57,729 bases of DNA, taken from positions 1 through 57,729 of the IMG/VR virus record IMGVR_UViG_3300008261_000142; one strand, 5' to 3'. The translations under genes and the position numbers were made by a program. Position 1 is the first letter of the stretch; the number at the start of each line of letters is the position of its first letter. Positions 19,716 to 28,757 of the stretch are shown here, one piece after another. The notes beneath the pieces are model-generated. The model worked only from the letters and a program-made list of their open reading frames with translations. It searched no databases and was not told the DNA's origin. The DNA is from a virus. Taxonomy: Duplodnaviria; Caudoviricetes.

Positions 19716-20716
19716 CAGGTCGTCGAGTATGCCGTGCGGCCCACCCAACGTCCATAGGCAGACGCGCCCGGAGGCGGATTCGTGATCGACTCAAGAGCTC
19801 CCGTGAAACTGAGAGCCGCCCAGTCGTCACCAATGCCTGCGAACTCGCCGTCTGGCTTGAGCTTCACCTTGAAAAGCTCAAGAGCCGCTTGGCTGTCGCT
19901 GTCGTTCGGATTCTCACTGATGAACATCAGCGAGACCGAGACGCCCGACGTGGTCAGCGGCTTGATCATGAACAGCTTGTCGTCCGCCATCGAGGTCGCG
20001 CTCTTCGGCGTCGTCGGGGCAGCCCAACGGACAAGGAACGTGTCGCCCAGCTGGAGACCGCCCGCACCAGAGCTGATGAATCGGATTCGACCCATCTTGC
20101 GGTCGAGCTCGTAGTGGGTGCCCTCGGTGAGAAGCGTGCCGCCCGAGATGTCCGTGTTGTTGGTGACCGCCTTACGGACGGTGATGGCTTGGGAGGCGTT
20201 CGCTTCGAAGTCGATCGCTCGGTACAGGCCGGCAGTAATGCTGCCTGAGGTCGGCAGGTTGAGCTCCAGGTTGTACCACATGTCGTACACCTGATGCGTC
20301 GTGGCGGTGTCGACGAAGAAGTTGCGGTTGCCAGAGGCAATCGAAGAATCATCGCTGGCGATGGCCGAGGCGTTTGCCAGCACATAGCCCAGCTCCGAGG
20401 TCAGCAGCTCGCCGCTGAAGAAGCGAGCGAGGTTGTGCTGGTTGATCTCATCCACCGCAAAGGTGACGATCATCTTCTGCGAGACCGGCACCTCGAGGTC
20501 GACGATCTGGATGCCCGAAAGCGACGAGCGGTGCTCCTTCGTCTCCGACTCTTGCGAGATCGTGAAGTTCGTGACGTTGCCCACGTCACGCCAGCCGGTC
20601 GAAGCCGTTTGAGCCACGCCGCCCGAATAGCGAGTGACATCGCCCTGGACGTACAAACGCCCACGGCCAAGCAGGTAGGTGAACGGCTTACCGCCGCGCG
20701 TATCGAAGAGCACCAT
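19715..20716 (-). CDS. tail tube protein paralog 2
   Basis: LGRGRLY..WRDVGN..EH..S.SG..NLARFFSG; similar to the adjacent gene. Confidence 0.8.
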   Translation of the reverse strand: MVLFDTRGGKPFTYLLGRGRLYVQGDVTRYSGGVAQTASTGWRDVGNVTNFTISQESETKEHRSSLSGIQIVDLEVPVSQKMIVTFAVDEINQHNLARFFSGELLTSELGYVLANASAIASDDSSIASGNRNFFVDTATTHQVYDMWYNLELNLPTSGSITAGLYRAIDFEANASQAITVRKAVTNNTDISGGTLLTEGTHYELDRKMGRIRFISSGAGGLQLGDTFLVRWAAPTTPKSATSMADDKLFMIKPLTTSGVSVSLMFISENPNDSDSQAALELFKVKLKPDGEFAGIGDDWAALSFTGALESITNPPPGASAYGRWVGRTAYSTT

Positions 20717-20718
20717 GG

Positions 20719-21573
20719 TTACGCATCCTCGTGGAAGTAGATTCGACCGACAGGCGCGGTCGGATAGCCGGTCTCGTTGCGTTCCGCGACACCGACCAGG
20801 GAAAGCGTGGCAAACTCTTCGCCGATCATCGGCAGTTCACCGTCCGCAGAAAGCGAAACCGAGTGCAGGTCCAAAAGCACTTCCTTGTCGCTGTTGGCGG
20901 GGTTGATGCCGACAAAGCGGAGGAACACCGACTGCTTCGACTGCGTCAGCATCGTCACCTGATCGACGGTCTTCTCGCCGCCCGGAGACGTATAGCTGAA
21001 CCAGAGGTTGTTGCCGTCGACGTGGGCACCCGTGCCAGTCAGGAAGATCATGCCCCACTTGGCATCGATCTCGTAGTCCGTGCCAGCGGTAAGCGTGCTA
21101 GCCGAGCCGACCGCGCCGGAGCCGCTCTTGACGACCAAGCCGCCAGTCGCGATGTCGTACAGTCGGCCACCCGAGCTGTTCACCAGCTCGTAGCTGCGCG
21201 TCTTCAGAGCATCGGCATGAATGAGGATGTCCGTCAGCGTCGCGCCCGTCGCCGAGTTGGTGACATCCTTGGAGGCGGTGCCGCTGAAGAAGTAGGCGAG
21301 GTTCTCTGCGTTGAGGACCTCATCGAGCGTCAGCGTGACGCCGACCTTCTGAGAAAGCGTGATCTCGCGGTCGATGGCCTTGACGCCCGATCGCGAGTTC
21401 TGGTGTTCCAGCTTCTCCGACTCGACATTCATCGAGAATGCCGTGGAGTTGCCGACGTGACGGAAGTGCGTCGGCCTCTGGGTGGTCGAGTCGAGAGAAG
21501 CCAGGTACACGCGACCGCGACCCAAGAAGATGTCGCGCGTGTCTGGCTTGCCGGTTCTGTTGATGCCTGGCAT
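20719..21573 (-). CDS. major tail tube protein paralog 1
   Basis: LGRGRVY..FRHVGN..EHQNSRSG..NLAYFFSG. Confidence 0.85.
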   Translation of the reverse strand: MPGINRTGKPDTRDIFLGRGRVYLASLDSTTQRPTHFRHVGNSTAFSMNVESEKLEHQNSRSGVKAIDREITLSQKVGVTLTLDEVLNAENLAYFFSGTASKDVTNSATGATLTDILIHADALKTRSYELVNSSGGRLYDIATGGLVVKSGSGAVGSASTLTAGTDYEIDAKWGMIFLTGTGAHVDGNNLWFSYTSPGGEKTVDQVTMLTQSKQSVFLRFVGINPANSDKEVLLDLHSVSLSADGELPMIGEEFATLSLVGVAERNETGYPTAPVGRIYFHEDA

Positions 21574-21576
21574 GAA

Positions 21577-22971
21577 CTACTTCCTCAAGGTGTCGGGGAC
21601 GATCTCGAATACAAAGGTTACAGTCGTCCCTCTGTTGGGTGACTGCTCTGGCGGGTGATCGTAATCACTATCGGCCAACCGTGCAAGCAACGCTCTCTGT
21701 TCTGGTGCGCCGATTGCTGGAGGAATCTTGATACCTACAGCAGTGGCTGCTTCCTCAAACTCTTCGCAAGCAACTTCTTCAGAGAATTGGACTCTGGCAT
21801 TCCAAAGCCACTGACTCAGTTCACCCGCGCCAAAGCTCCTCTTGTTGCGAAGTGCCTCTTTGAAAGATGAGCTGATTTCTTTGATCGAAACGCCTGTCGG
21901 CTTGATGTTTCGATCCACGTCGATTGTCATCTGGCCTGTCTTGGGGTTGATCGAACACGGGTAGTAAGGACCCGTCTTGATCAGAGCCAAGAGCGTGTTG
22001 TGGATGCGTTGCTTCATGAGGACCTTCTTGACAACTGTAACCTTTTGAGGAGTTACAGTTACCTGATAAATAACTGCTGCCGAGCTGCCCACAACAGCCA
22101 CGACACTCGAGGCAGAGGCAGTTACGCCAGAGATATCGGAAGCGTATCCAGTTACGACGACGATCGTCTGAGCGGTCGCTGTCGTGGATACCGAGGCAGC
22201 AGACGTTCCAGTAGTCGAAGCACTTCCCGAGGCACTTGCCGACACCGCTGCGCTTCCGGGCGCAGATGCAGAGCCGGTTACCGACGCTGTTCCGGATGCC
22301 TCGCAGTCGTAAGAGAACCGTCCGGAGACAGTGCCTGACGTGCTCGCATCACCGCTAGCGGTAGCGGTGATCGAGGACTGCCCCGTGGAACTGCCAGTCG
22401 TGTTGGCGTCACCGCTCGCGGTAGCGGTGATCGTAGATTGGCCGGATGAGCTGCCTGTAGTAGCTGCTTGTCCTGAAGCAGTGGCTACTAGGCCAGCATC
22501 GGCTACGGCTTCCGCACTGCCGGTCGTGTTCGCTTCACCGCTAGCGGTAGCGGTGATCGAAGACTGCCCCGTGGAGCTTCCGGTCGTGTTCGCGTCACCG
22601 CTTGCCGTAGCGGTGATCGAAGACTGCCCCGTGGAGCTTCCGGTCGTGTTCGCGTCACCGCTAGCGGTAGCGGTGATCGAGGACTGCCCCGTGGAACTGC
22701 CAGTCGTGTTCGCATCGCCGCTGGCAGTAGCGGTGATCGAGGACTGCCCCGTGGAGCTGCCAGTCGTGTTCGCGTCACCGCTGGCAGTGAAGATCGATAC
22801 TTCACCGATCTCAGCGTCGACCGCGGTGATCGCCGAGAGGGTCAGCGATGCCGAGACTAGGACCTCAGTAGTCGAGGATCCGGTTACGCCTACCGTTCCG
22901 GTAGCGGTGGCCGTCTGTGGCGCAGGCGGCTGCGCGGCAAAAGCCGCTGAACTGTGCCACAGAAACGACAT
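21577..22971 (-). CDS. Ser/Thr/Ala repeat protein fused to putative tail terminator
   Basis: 20-aa repeats, then a ~146-aa globular C-terminus just before the tail tube genes. Confidence 0.65.
   Translation of the reverse strand: MSFLWHSSAAFAAQPPAPQTATATGTVGVTGSSTTEVLVSASLTLSAITAVDAEIGEVSIFTASGDANTTGSSTGQSSITATASGDANTTGSSTGQSSITATASGDANTTGSSTGQSSITATASGDANTTGSSTGQSSITATASGEANTTGSAEAVADAGLVATASGQAATTGSSSGQSTITATASGDANTTGSSTGQSSITATASGDASTSGTVSGRFSYDCEASGTASVTGSASAPGSAAVSASASGSASTTGTSAASVSTTATAQTIVVVTGYASDISGVTASASSVVAVVGSSAAVIYQVTVTPQKVTVVKKVLMKQRIHNTLLALIKTGPYYPCSINPKTGQMTIDVDRNIKPTGVSIKEISSSFKEALRNKRSFGAGELSQWLWNARVQFSEEVACEEFEEAATAVGIKIPPAIGAPEQRALLARLADSDYDHPPEQSPNRGTTVTFVFEIVPDTLRK
22345..22790. 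repeat. 60-bp coding tandem repeat (ATASGDANTTGSSTGQSSIT)
   Basis: About 7-8 copies including degenerate ones. Confidence 0.9.
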
Positions 22972-22980
22972 GCTTTAATG

Positions 22981-23331
22981 CTAGCCGATCAAGCGGATGG
23001 AGGCATCGAAGGCTCTGTCGGTGCCTGAGATCTTCTGGATTCGGAAGTCCCAGGAGTTCAGCATCGCAAGCGGCGGAGCTACGAACACCTCGCTCTGAGC
23101 TCCCTGCAAAAAGGCAGTGAAAGCCAGTCGAGTTGTGCCGCCAGTTCCTTCGACTTTCTCGTAAGCAGAGATCTCGAAAACGTCTCCCTTCTGCATGTTG
23201 GAGCAGTCCACCCAGAGCTGGTAGACGCCTGCTGCATCAGACGCGCCCGGCGTGGTGGTGCCGGTGATGATCGAGACTTCGGTGGCACCGACCGTAACTC
23301 CGTCCAGTTCGTAAACCTGAGTAACTGCCAT
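22981..23331 (-). CDS. putative virion structural protein
   Basis: Beta-rich ORF in the head-tail region. Confidence 0.7.
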   Translation of the reverse strand: MAVTQVYELDGVTVGATEVSIITGTTTPGASDAAGVYQLWVDCSNMQKGDVFEISAYEKVEGTGGTTRLAFTAFLQGAQSEVFVAPPLAMLNSWDFRIQKISGTDRAFDASIRLIG

Positions 23332-23334
23332 GGT

Positions 23335-24111
23335 TTAGCTGATCGCGTGGATCACTCCGTTGTATGCACCGTCGTTTGTTCCGTTATTGGAAGCTCTCAG
23401 TGCGAGTCTAGTTCCGGAAGGATACCGACAGAAGTGCGGCCATACAGACCCGCCCATTTCTTCGTTTCCTGTAGTGCAGAAAAGCCAGTCTGCGGCGATA
23501 GTGTCTTCGGTAGCTGCGCCTACACCGAGATCTAGCTTGATATAGCGAAGGTTTGTTGTGGTATCGCCTGAGACCTGAAATGATGGAATGAAGGCAAAGT
23601 GATCGCTGGTGGTGCTTGCAGTGATCTGCGTGTAAGAACCCTCGGCACCAGACGCACCCGGCGTGATCGAGGTGCCGTTAGGCAGCGTGCTCATCCCGTA
23701 GGTAGTTACTAGGCTGCCGACTTGAAACGGCGCACCTGCAGGGAAGCCGATGCAGCGGACTTGGACGCTAAAGGCTGTGCTGACTCGAGCACCGGCTGCT
23801 TGAGCGGAGATTCTGGTTCCTGCAGGCACGTAGACCGGAAAGAACCAAGTCTTGACACCTGCGTGGCCTCCCAAAAGGTTTGGGATCAGGACCGATTCCG
23901 TTGCACCCCCTACAAGGATGTCAAAGCACATCTGCGATGCGGCTGCCGCAAGCGCGTAGTTGTAGGCGGTGACAACCAGCAAGTGAGTGTCGCGGGCGGT
24001 GCTAGCGATGATCTGCGAGACGGCTCCCTTGGTCGTCGCAGCCGCTCCGGTGGTAACGGATGCCTCTGCAACTTCAGTGACCGTGCATCCCTTAGTAGGC
24101 GACCAGAGCAT
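23335..24111 (-). CDS. putative virion structural protein with internal duplication
   Basis: Two repeats (QIIASTARD..PAGTRISA / QITASTTSD..PSGTRLAL); start MLWSP inferred. Confidence 0.7.
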   Translation of the reverse strand: MLWSPTKGCTVTEVAEASVTTGAAATTKGAVSQIIASTARDTHLLVVTAYNYALAAAASQMCFDILVGGATESVLIPNLLGGHAGVKTWFFPVYVPAGTRISAQAAGARVSTAFSVQVRCIGFPAGAPFQVGSLVTTYGMSTLPNGTSITPGASGAEGSYTQITASTTSDHFAFIPSFQVSGDTTTNLRYIKLDLGVGAATEDTIAADWLFCTTGNEEMGGSVWPHFCRYPSGTRLALRASNNGTNDGAYNGVIHAIS

Positions 24112-24113
24112 GG

Positions 24114-25178
24114 CTAGTAGGAAGAGATGGTAGCCGTTGAGACGGCAAATGTCTGACCGGAAAAGATGGACAGGTTGTCGAGCACCATGTCTCCACCCCC
24201 TCCTGCGGTCGAAATCGACCCCTGGATGTGGCAAGTCCCGCCTTGCTTGATGCGGAAGTGTCCTGCGGTTCCGGTAGCGGACGCGCTTGCGGACCAAGTG
24301 CCCGACTTGCTCTTGCTGCCGGCAGAGGCGTTGCTCATCCAGTCGCTTGGGAGCGTGACCGATACCAGAAGCGTGCCTGTGTCGGATGCCGCGCAGTCTG
24401 CCGGCTGCGTACCGGTGCGGATTTGGAGTACTGGCGAGGTCGAGACGGTGCTCTCGATCGAGTCAAGCCACGCATTCCTCACTGAGGTGCTGAAGTCGGC
24501 TGGGTAGATTACAGCTGGAAACAGCTGACCGGCGGCAGTCGGCCTAAAGGCTACCGGCGGTGGATCTTCTGAAGAGTAGCTTGCCGGGGCCGTAAAGTCG
24601 GTTGCCAGGGAGCCGTAGTCCTTGAGCGGGCTGGTCGAGAGGGCTGGGTACCAGTAGGCCGCACGGGTCACGGGCCTGTTGGATCTCATCTCCCTCTTCA
24701 GCTGCTCGATGCTTAGAGCAGCATTCCACATTTTGATGGCCCAGACTCGACCGTTCAAGAAGTACTGACTTAGAGAGTCTACGCCGATTCTGCGGTACTG
24801 CGAGTTTCCAAACACCCAACCAGATCCGTCGTAGTCTGTCGAAGCAGCATCCAGGGTGCCGTTCAAAAAGCACTCAATCTTGGAAGACGTGCTTCTGACT
24901 ACCGAAACATGGTACCAAGTTCCAGTAGATAGGGATGCACTGCCAGTTGTCGCTTTAGATCCCCCGCTATCTCCGACGAACAACTCTAGACTTGTGCCAT
25001 TCACATACAGGTCGCTGAACTCTGCAAAGTCGTTAGATATCGAGATCAGGCCGCTGTTAGCTGGGAAGCTGACGAAGTACACCCAAAAACAGATGGTGTA
25101 CGGGCCTTGTGGATCCAAGCCCTGAGACGAATCAATGTCTAGGTACTGGCTGCTCGCAGATGTCAGTCGAATAGCCAT
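24114..25178 (-). CDS. LamG/ConA-like domain fused to a copy of the 25688-26089 domain
   Basis: YTICFWVY..GTWYHV..FLNG..MWNAALS; C-terminus paralogous to the 133-aa gene. Confidence 0.8.
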   Translation of the reverse strand: MAIRLTSASSQYLDIDSSQGLDPQGPYTICFWVYFVSFPANSGLISISNDFAEFSDLYVNGTSLELFVGDSGGSKATTGSASLSTGTWYHVSVVRSTSSKIECFLNGTLDAASTDYDGSGWVFGNSQYRRIGVDSLSQYFLNGRVWAIKMWNAALSIEQLKREMRSNRPVTRAAYWYPALSTSPLKDYGSLATDFTAPASYSSEDPPPVAFRPTAAGQLFPAVIYPADFSTSVRNAWLDSIESTVSTSPVLQIRTGTQPADCAASDTGTLLVSVTLPSDWMSNASAGSKSKSGTWSASASATGTAGHFRIKQGGTCHIQGSISTAGGGGDMVLDNLSIFSGQTFAVSTATISSY

Positions 25179-25684
25179 CAGGCATCGCTGTACTCAAGCA
25201 CAACTCCGACGAGCTGCGCGTCCCCTGAAAGCGTGTCTGACCCGTTAGTGCCCAGCCGCTGAATCCGCAGCGACAGGTAGTCGCCGGCAGCGATGGAGTC
25301 TAGGTTGCTGATGGTGATCGAGGCCTCGTGCAGCCGCTGGGCGGTGGTGCCGAGGTGAGCGTCGGTAACCGTGTTCTCGGTAGCCCAGGCATCCGTTTCG
25401 ATGTCCTGAGTGTCGGTCTCCGGCGTGATGCATGCGATGGAAGCCCCCCAGACCACACTGCCGGTGGTTGCCGTGTCGGCGTACCACCGGAGTTTGCAGG
25501 TCAGGTTGCCGCTGCCATAGCTGCCTACGTAGGGCAGAACGAACTGGATGCCTTCGGTCGCGCCAGCGTCAAATGAGTAGCTGGCGACGGCGATGTTGGT
25601 GCCGGCCTGCTTGTACTCAGGAAAGGCAACCGAAGGCAGGGGCAGAGCCAGGTCTGCCGTAAGCACTACCCTAACGGTACCCAC
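25178..25684 (-). CDS. putative virion structural protein
   Basis: Beta-rich, coupled ORF. Confidence 0.7.
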   Translation of the reverse strand: MGTVRVVLTADLALPLPSVAFPEYKQAGTNIAVASYSFDAGATEGIQFVLPYVGSYGSGNLTCKLRWYADTATTGSVVWGASIACITPETDTQDIETDAWATENTVTDAHLGTTAQRLHEASITISNLDSIAAGDYLSLRIQRLGTNGSDTLSGDAQLVGVVLEYSDA

Positions 25685-25687
25685 GGA

Positions 25688-26089
25688 TCACGCGCCGCCT
25701 GCGTTCAGCGTAAAGGCGGTAACCGTGATCTGCTGACCGCTGGCGATGCTGGTGTTCTGCACGATCATGTCGGCAGCGGAAGTGTTGACCGAGCCTTGGA
25801 TGTGGCAGGTCGTGCCGCCACTGTCGTAGACGCGGAAGTGGCCTGCCGTGCCCGAGGCGTTCGCACTCAGGTCTTGCCAAGTGCCCGAAATGCTCTTCGA
25901 GCCGCCCGTGGCATTAGCCATCCAGTCGGAAGGCAGCGTCATCTCGGCCAGCACGGTGCCGGTGTCAGCATCGCCGCAGGCTGCCGGAGCAGCTCCGGAA
26001 CGGATGCGAAGGATTGCAGAGGTGCCGATCGTCGTTTCGATCTGATCGAGCCACGCGTTGCGAACTGTCGTCGAGAATTGAAAGGCCAT
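25688..26089 (-). CDS. putative virion fibre/collar subunit
   Basis: RNAWLD..GTAGHFR..HIQGSV family-like sequence. Confidence 0.7.
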   Translation of the reverse strand: MAFQFSTTVRNAWLDQIETTIGTSAILRIRSGAAPAACGDADTGTVLAEMTLPSDWMANATGGSKSISGTWQDLSANASGTAGHFRVYDSGGTTCHIQGSVNTSAADMIVQNTSIASGQQITVTAFTLNAGGA

Positions 26090-26102
26090 GTTTCTAGCTT
26101 CC

Positions 26103-28091
26103 TTAGAGCACGTTCAGGACAGTCTCGCCGGGGGCAATGGTGTCATCCGGCTTCACGATGTCCACAGAGATGTTGGTGCTGTCGACAAACGAGGCAGAGT
26201 ACAGCACCGCAAGGTTTTGACGAATCTCTTCGTCGAGCCTTCTAATCTCTTCTCGAGTTGCGAGAAAGCTGCCCTCACGGAAGGCTGACTTGATCTTCTC
26301 CTCGCCAAGGTTGCGGAAGAAGCCTGCCTTGACCGCCTGGACCGCGCTGTCGATCATCGACAGCGCATCGTTGTCTTGGCCGAGCTTGGACAGGCGCAGA
26401 GCCTTTCGGAGTTCGATCATGGAAGACATGAACATCGGCTGCACGGAAGAGACTTGAGTCTGCTTCCAGGCCGAGTAGATGTCCTGAGCAAGCTTGATCT
26501 GGCTCGCACCCGTCAGAATCGTGCCTGAAGGCACGGTCGCGTAGCTCGAGAGATCGATCGTAGAGACGTTCTCGACGGTCTCAGGAATCGCAAGAAGCGA
26601 GTCGCGCACCGTCCCAAGAAGCGTCTCATCGGCTTGCATCGAAGCCGAAGGGACACAGACCACAAAGCGAGGCGTGCCGGAGATGCTTAGGTCTTCGACC
26701 AGCTTCTGTACGCTGGCAATGGCCTGACGGACGGTGGCAGCCACCTGATCAGCAAGGGCATCATCCTCAAGCAGGTCGGAGTGGCCGAGGCAGATCACAA
26801 CTAGCTCAAGCTTCGGACGCTTGCTCTGCTTGCGGAGCAGGTCGACAGCCGAGACCAGCCAGCCTCGAACGCTGAGTTCCCACAGCTGGTTTCGCGCAGC
26901 GGGCGACCAGCTGACCATCGTGCGGTCGTAGTGAGGCGGGTTGGCAGTCGGCTGCGTGCCGAGGTAAATGCTGCCGAACGCCCCAATCGCAGACCCCTTC
27001 ACGAGCCAAATGTCCCCTGAACCTCGCATCTCACTTGCGAGGATAACCTCTGGCCCAAATCCGGCTGGAGCGTTCGGCAGCGAGGTAAGGTTGTTGACGC
27101 CGACTTGAAGCGTCTGAAAGTCGCCTTGGTTTGGACGCCAGATGCTGGCACCCGAGATGGCTCCCTGCAGATGGTCAGGGAGATCCGAGAGCACGCCCGC
27201 GCCCGGCACCGTGGAGCCAGAGTAGCCCTCGCAAACGCTGTCCGAGATGATCAGGGCGATGCGACCATCAGGGTTGGCAAGGTCGTTGGGTGCTTCTGGC
27301 TCAAGAAGCGACTTCGCAACGTCCGTCGCCATCGAAACCATCGAAGCCGACGAGAAAGAGATGCTGTCTGTGCAGGTCTCGGCGTGCGTGCGGATGACCG
27401 AGATTCGCTCATCGTTGCTGGCAAGAGCCTGCGCCTGCATTCGGCAGAGGTTCAACTGCCCACGGGCAGCAGTCGACATGCCCGTGTACTTGTAGTGCGG
27501 CTCGATTACGGCTACCGGAATTGCGTTGCCGTCAGCTCGGAAGGTGCCGGCAGTGCAGTAGGGGATGCTGCTCACCGCTGACCGGACAGCGTCGATGACC
27601 GATCGAAGCAAGCCACCGTAGCTGCGCCAGCTCGACAGATTCCAGTCATCGGTCTGCACCGAGATGACGATGCCGTCGATGCTCAAGGTGTCGCCAGCAA
27701 GGTTCGCTGCGGCAGCAGCGTTGGTGATCTGAGCGATCGTCAACGCATAGGCATTGCCGGCGATGCCTGGAGTCCAGCTAGGCTTGGAGCCCGTGTGCGT
27801 CAGGACTGAATCCAGCGAGTACTTGATAACGTACAGGTTGCCGGTAGGAAACTCCGACCGCATCGCTTCACGGAAGCGAGACTCGTACGACCAGCGGTCA
27901 CTTCCAAGCACCGCCGAATTGGTGTTGGTGCCTGGCGTGAGGCTCTGCCAGACCTGCGACTGGATGTTCCAGATGAAGCAGTCCGCTTGCGGATCGTCGT
28001 ACGACGAGTTGATGGCGTTGAGTTCCGACACAGGTCGGTTGCCCGCTGCCGTCACGTCGCCAACGATCAAAAGTGTCTTGCGGACTGCCAT
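26103..28091 (-). CDS. tandem degenerate SASA/SGNH domains + C-terminal putative head-tail connector
   Basis: Two SASA-like repeats (IVGDV.., ISDS..FGPEV..LGHSD); helical C-terminus ELRKALRL..IDSAV; position after capsid genes. Confidence 0.6.
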   Translation of the reverse strand: MAVRKTLLIVGDVTAAGNRPVSELNAINSSYDDPQADCFIWNIQSQVWQSLTPGTNTNSAVLGSDRWSYESRFREAMRSEFPTGNLYVIKYSLDSVLTHTGSKPSWTPGIAGNAYALTIAQITNAAAAANLAGDTLSIDGIVISVQTDDWNLSSWRSYGGLLRSVIDAVRSAVSSIPYCTAGTFRADGNAIPVAVIEPHYKYTGMSTAARGQLNLCRMQAQALASNDERISVIRTHAETCTDSISFSSASMVSMATDVAKSLLEPEAPNDLANPDGRIALIISDSVCEGYSGSTVPGAGVLSDLPDHLQGAISGASIWRPNQGDFQTLQVGVNNLTSLPNAPAGFGPEVILASEMRGSGDIWLVKGSAIGAFGSIYLGTQPTANPPHYDRTMVSWSPAARNQLWELSVRGWLVSAVDLLRKQSKRPKLELVVICLGHSDLLEDDALADQVAATVRQAIASVQKLVEDLSISGTPRFVVCVPSASMQADETLLGTVRDSLLAIPETVENVSTIDLSSYATVPSGTILTGASQIKLAQDIYSAWKQTQVSSVQPMFMSSMIELRKALRLSKLGQDNDALSMIDSAVQAVKAGFFRNLGEEKIKSAFREGSFLATREEIRRLDEEIRQNLAVLYSASFVDSTNISVDIVKPDDTIAPGETVLNVL

Positions 28092-28095
28092 GAGC

Positions 28096-28380
28096 TTACC
28101 AGAGGGCTAGAACGCTATTAGCAGGGGCGGTAGTGCCGGCTGAATTGAAACGCCGAACTCGAATCGGCAACAAAGTACCGGGATTGACTGCAGTGATGAC
28201 CACAGTCGAGCCATCCCCGTCCATCACGACCGAGATGGCGTGATTCGTGCCGCCGCCATGCGAGAAGTAGAACCCTCGGCAAGGCGTAGTCAGGTTGGTG
28301 CTGTCACTAAACGTCACGACCTCAGCGTGCGTATAGCACGGGCCTGACGAGCTCTCTCGAATGGTGGTTGGCGCGGCCAT
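28096..28380 (-). CDS. head spike base protein (RcGTA Rcc01079-like)
   Basis: VTFSDSTNL..RGFY..GTLLPIRVRR..GTTA..ALW. Confidence 0.8.
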   Translation of the reverse strand: MAAPTTIRESSSGPCYTHAEVVTFSDSTNLTTPCRGFYFSHGGGTNHAISVVMDGDGSTVVITAVNPGTLLPIRVRRFNSAGTTAPANSVLALW

Positions 28381-28382
28381 GA

Positions 28383-28730
28383 CTATTCCTTGTCCTTGCT
28401 AAGCCAGAAAATCGCTTCTTCCTCGGTCTCAAACGGAGCGATCGGAGCCATGCCGTACTTCTTGACATGCTCGGCGATCATCATGTTGAGGACTTCAATA
28501 CCCTTGCCCTCAAGCGTCTTCGGATCGTAAGCCCACCTGCTGGGATCCAAGACTTCCTGATTCATCGGCGATTCCACAGCAGCAGGAACCTGCGTGGTGA
28601 ACTCTCGAACGGCACCCTTTTGGATAAGCCGTTCGAGAGTCGCCTTGTCGAGGAGCCCGTCGCGGATACGGACTCCGGGCTGGATGTCGATGTTGCCGAC
28701 TCGAAGGACATGAACAGCGAAGTAGCTCAT
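28383..28730 (-). CDS. hypothetical protein downstream of capsid
   Basis: ORF in the head operon. Confidence 0.7.
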   Translation of the reverse strand: MSYFAVHVLRVGNIDIQPGVRIRDGLLDKATLERLIQKGAVREFTTQVPAAVESPMNQEVLDPSRWAYDPKTLEGKGIEVLNMMIAEHVKKYGMAPIAPFETEEEAIFWLSKDKE

Positions 28731-28757
28731 GCATCTATCCTAGCCGGCAACCTCAAA

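Noticed and set aside
22345-22790. DGR template/variable repeats
   Set aside because: Differences are mostly synonymous and not adenine-specific; no reverse transcriptase seen
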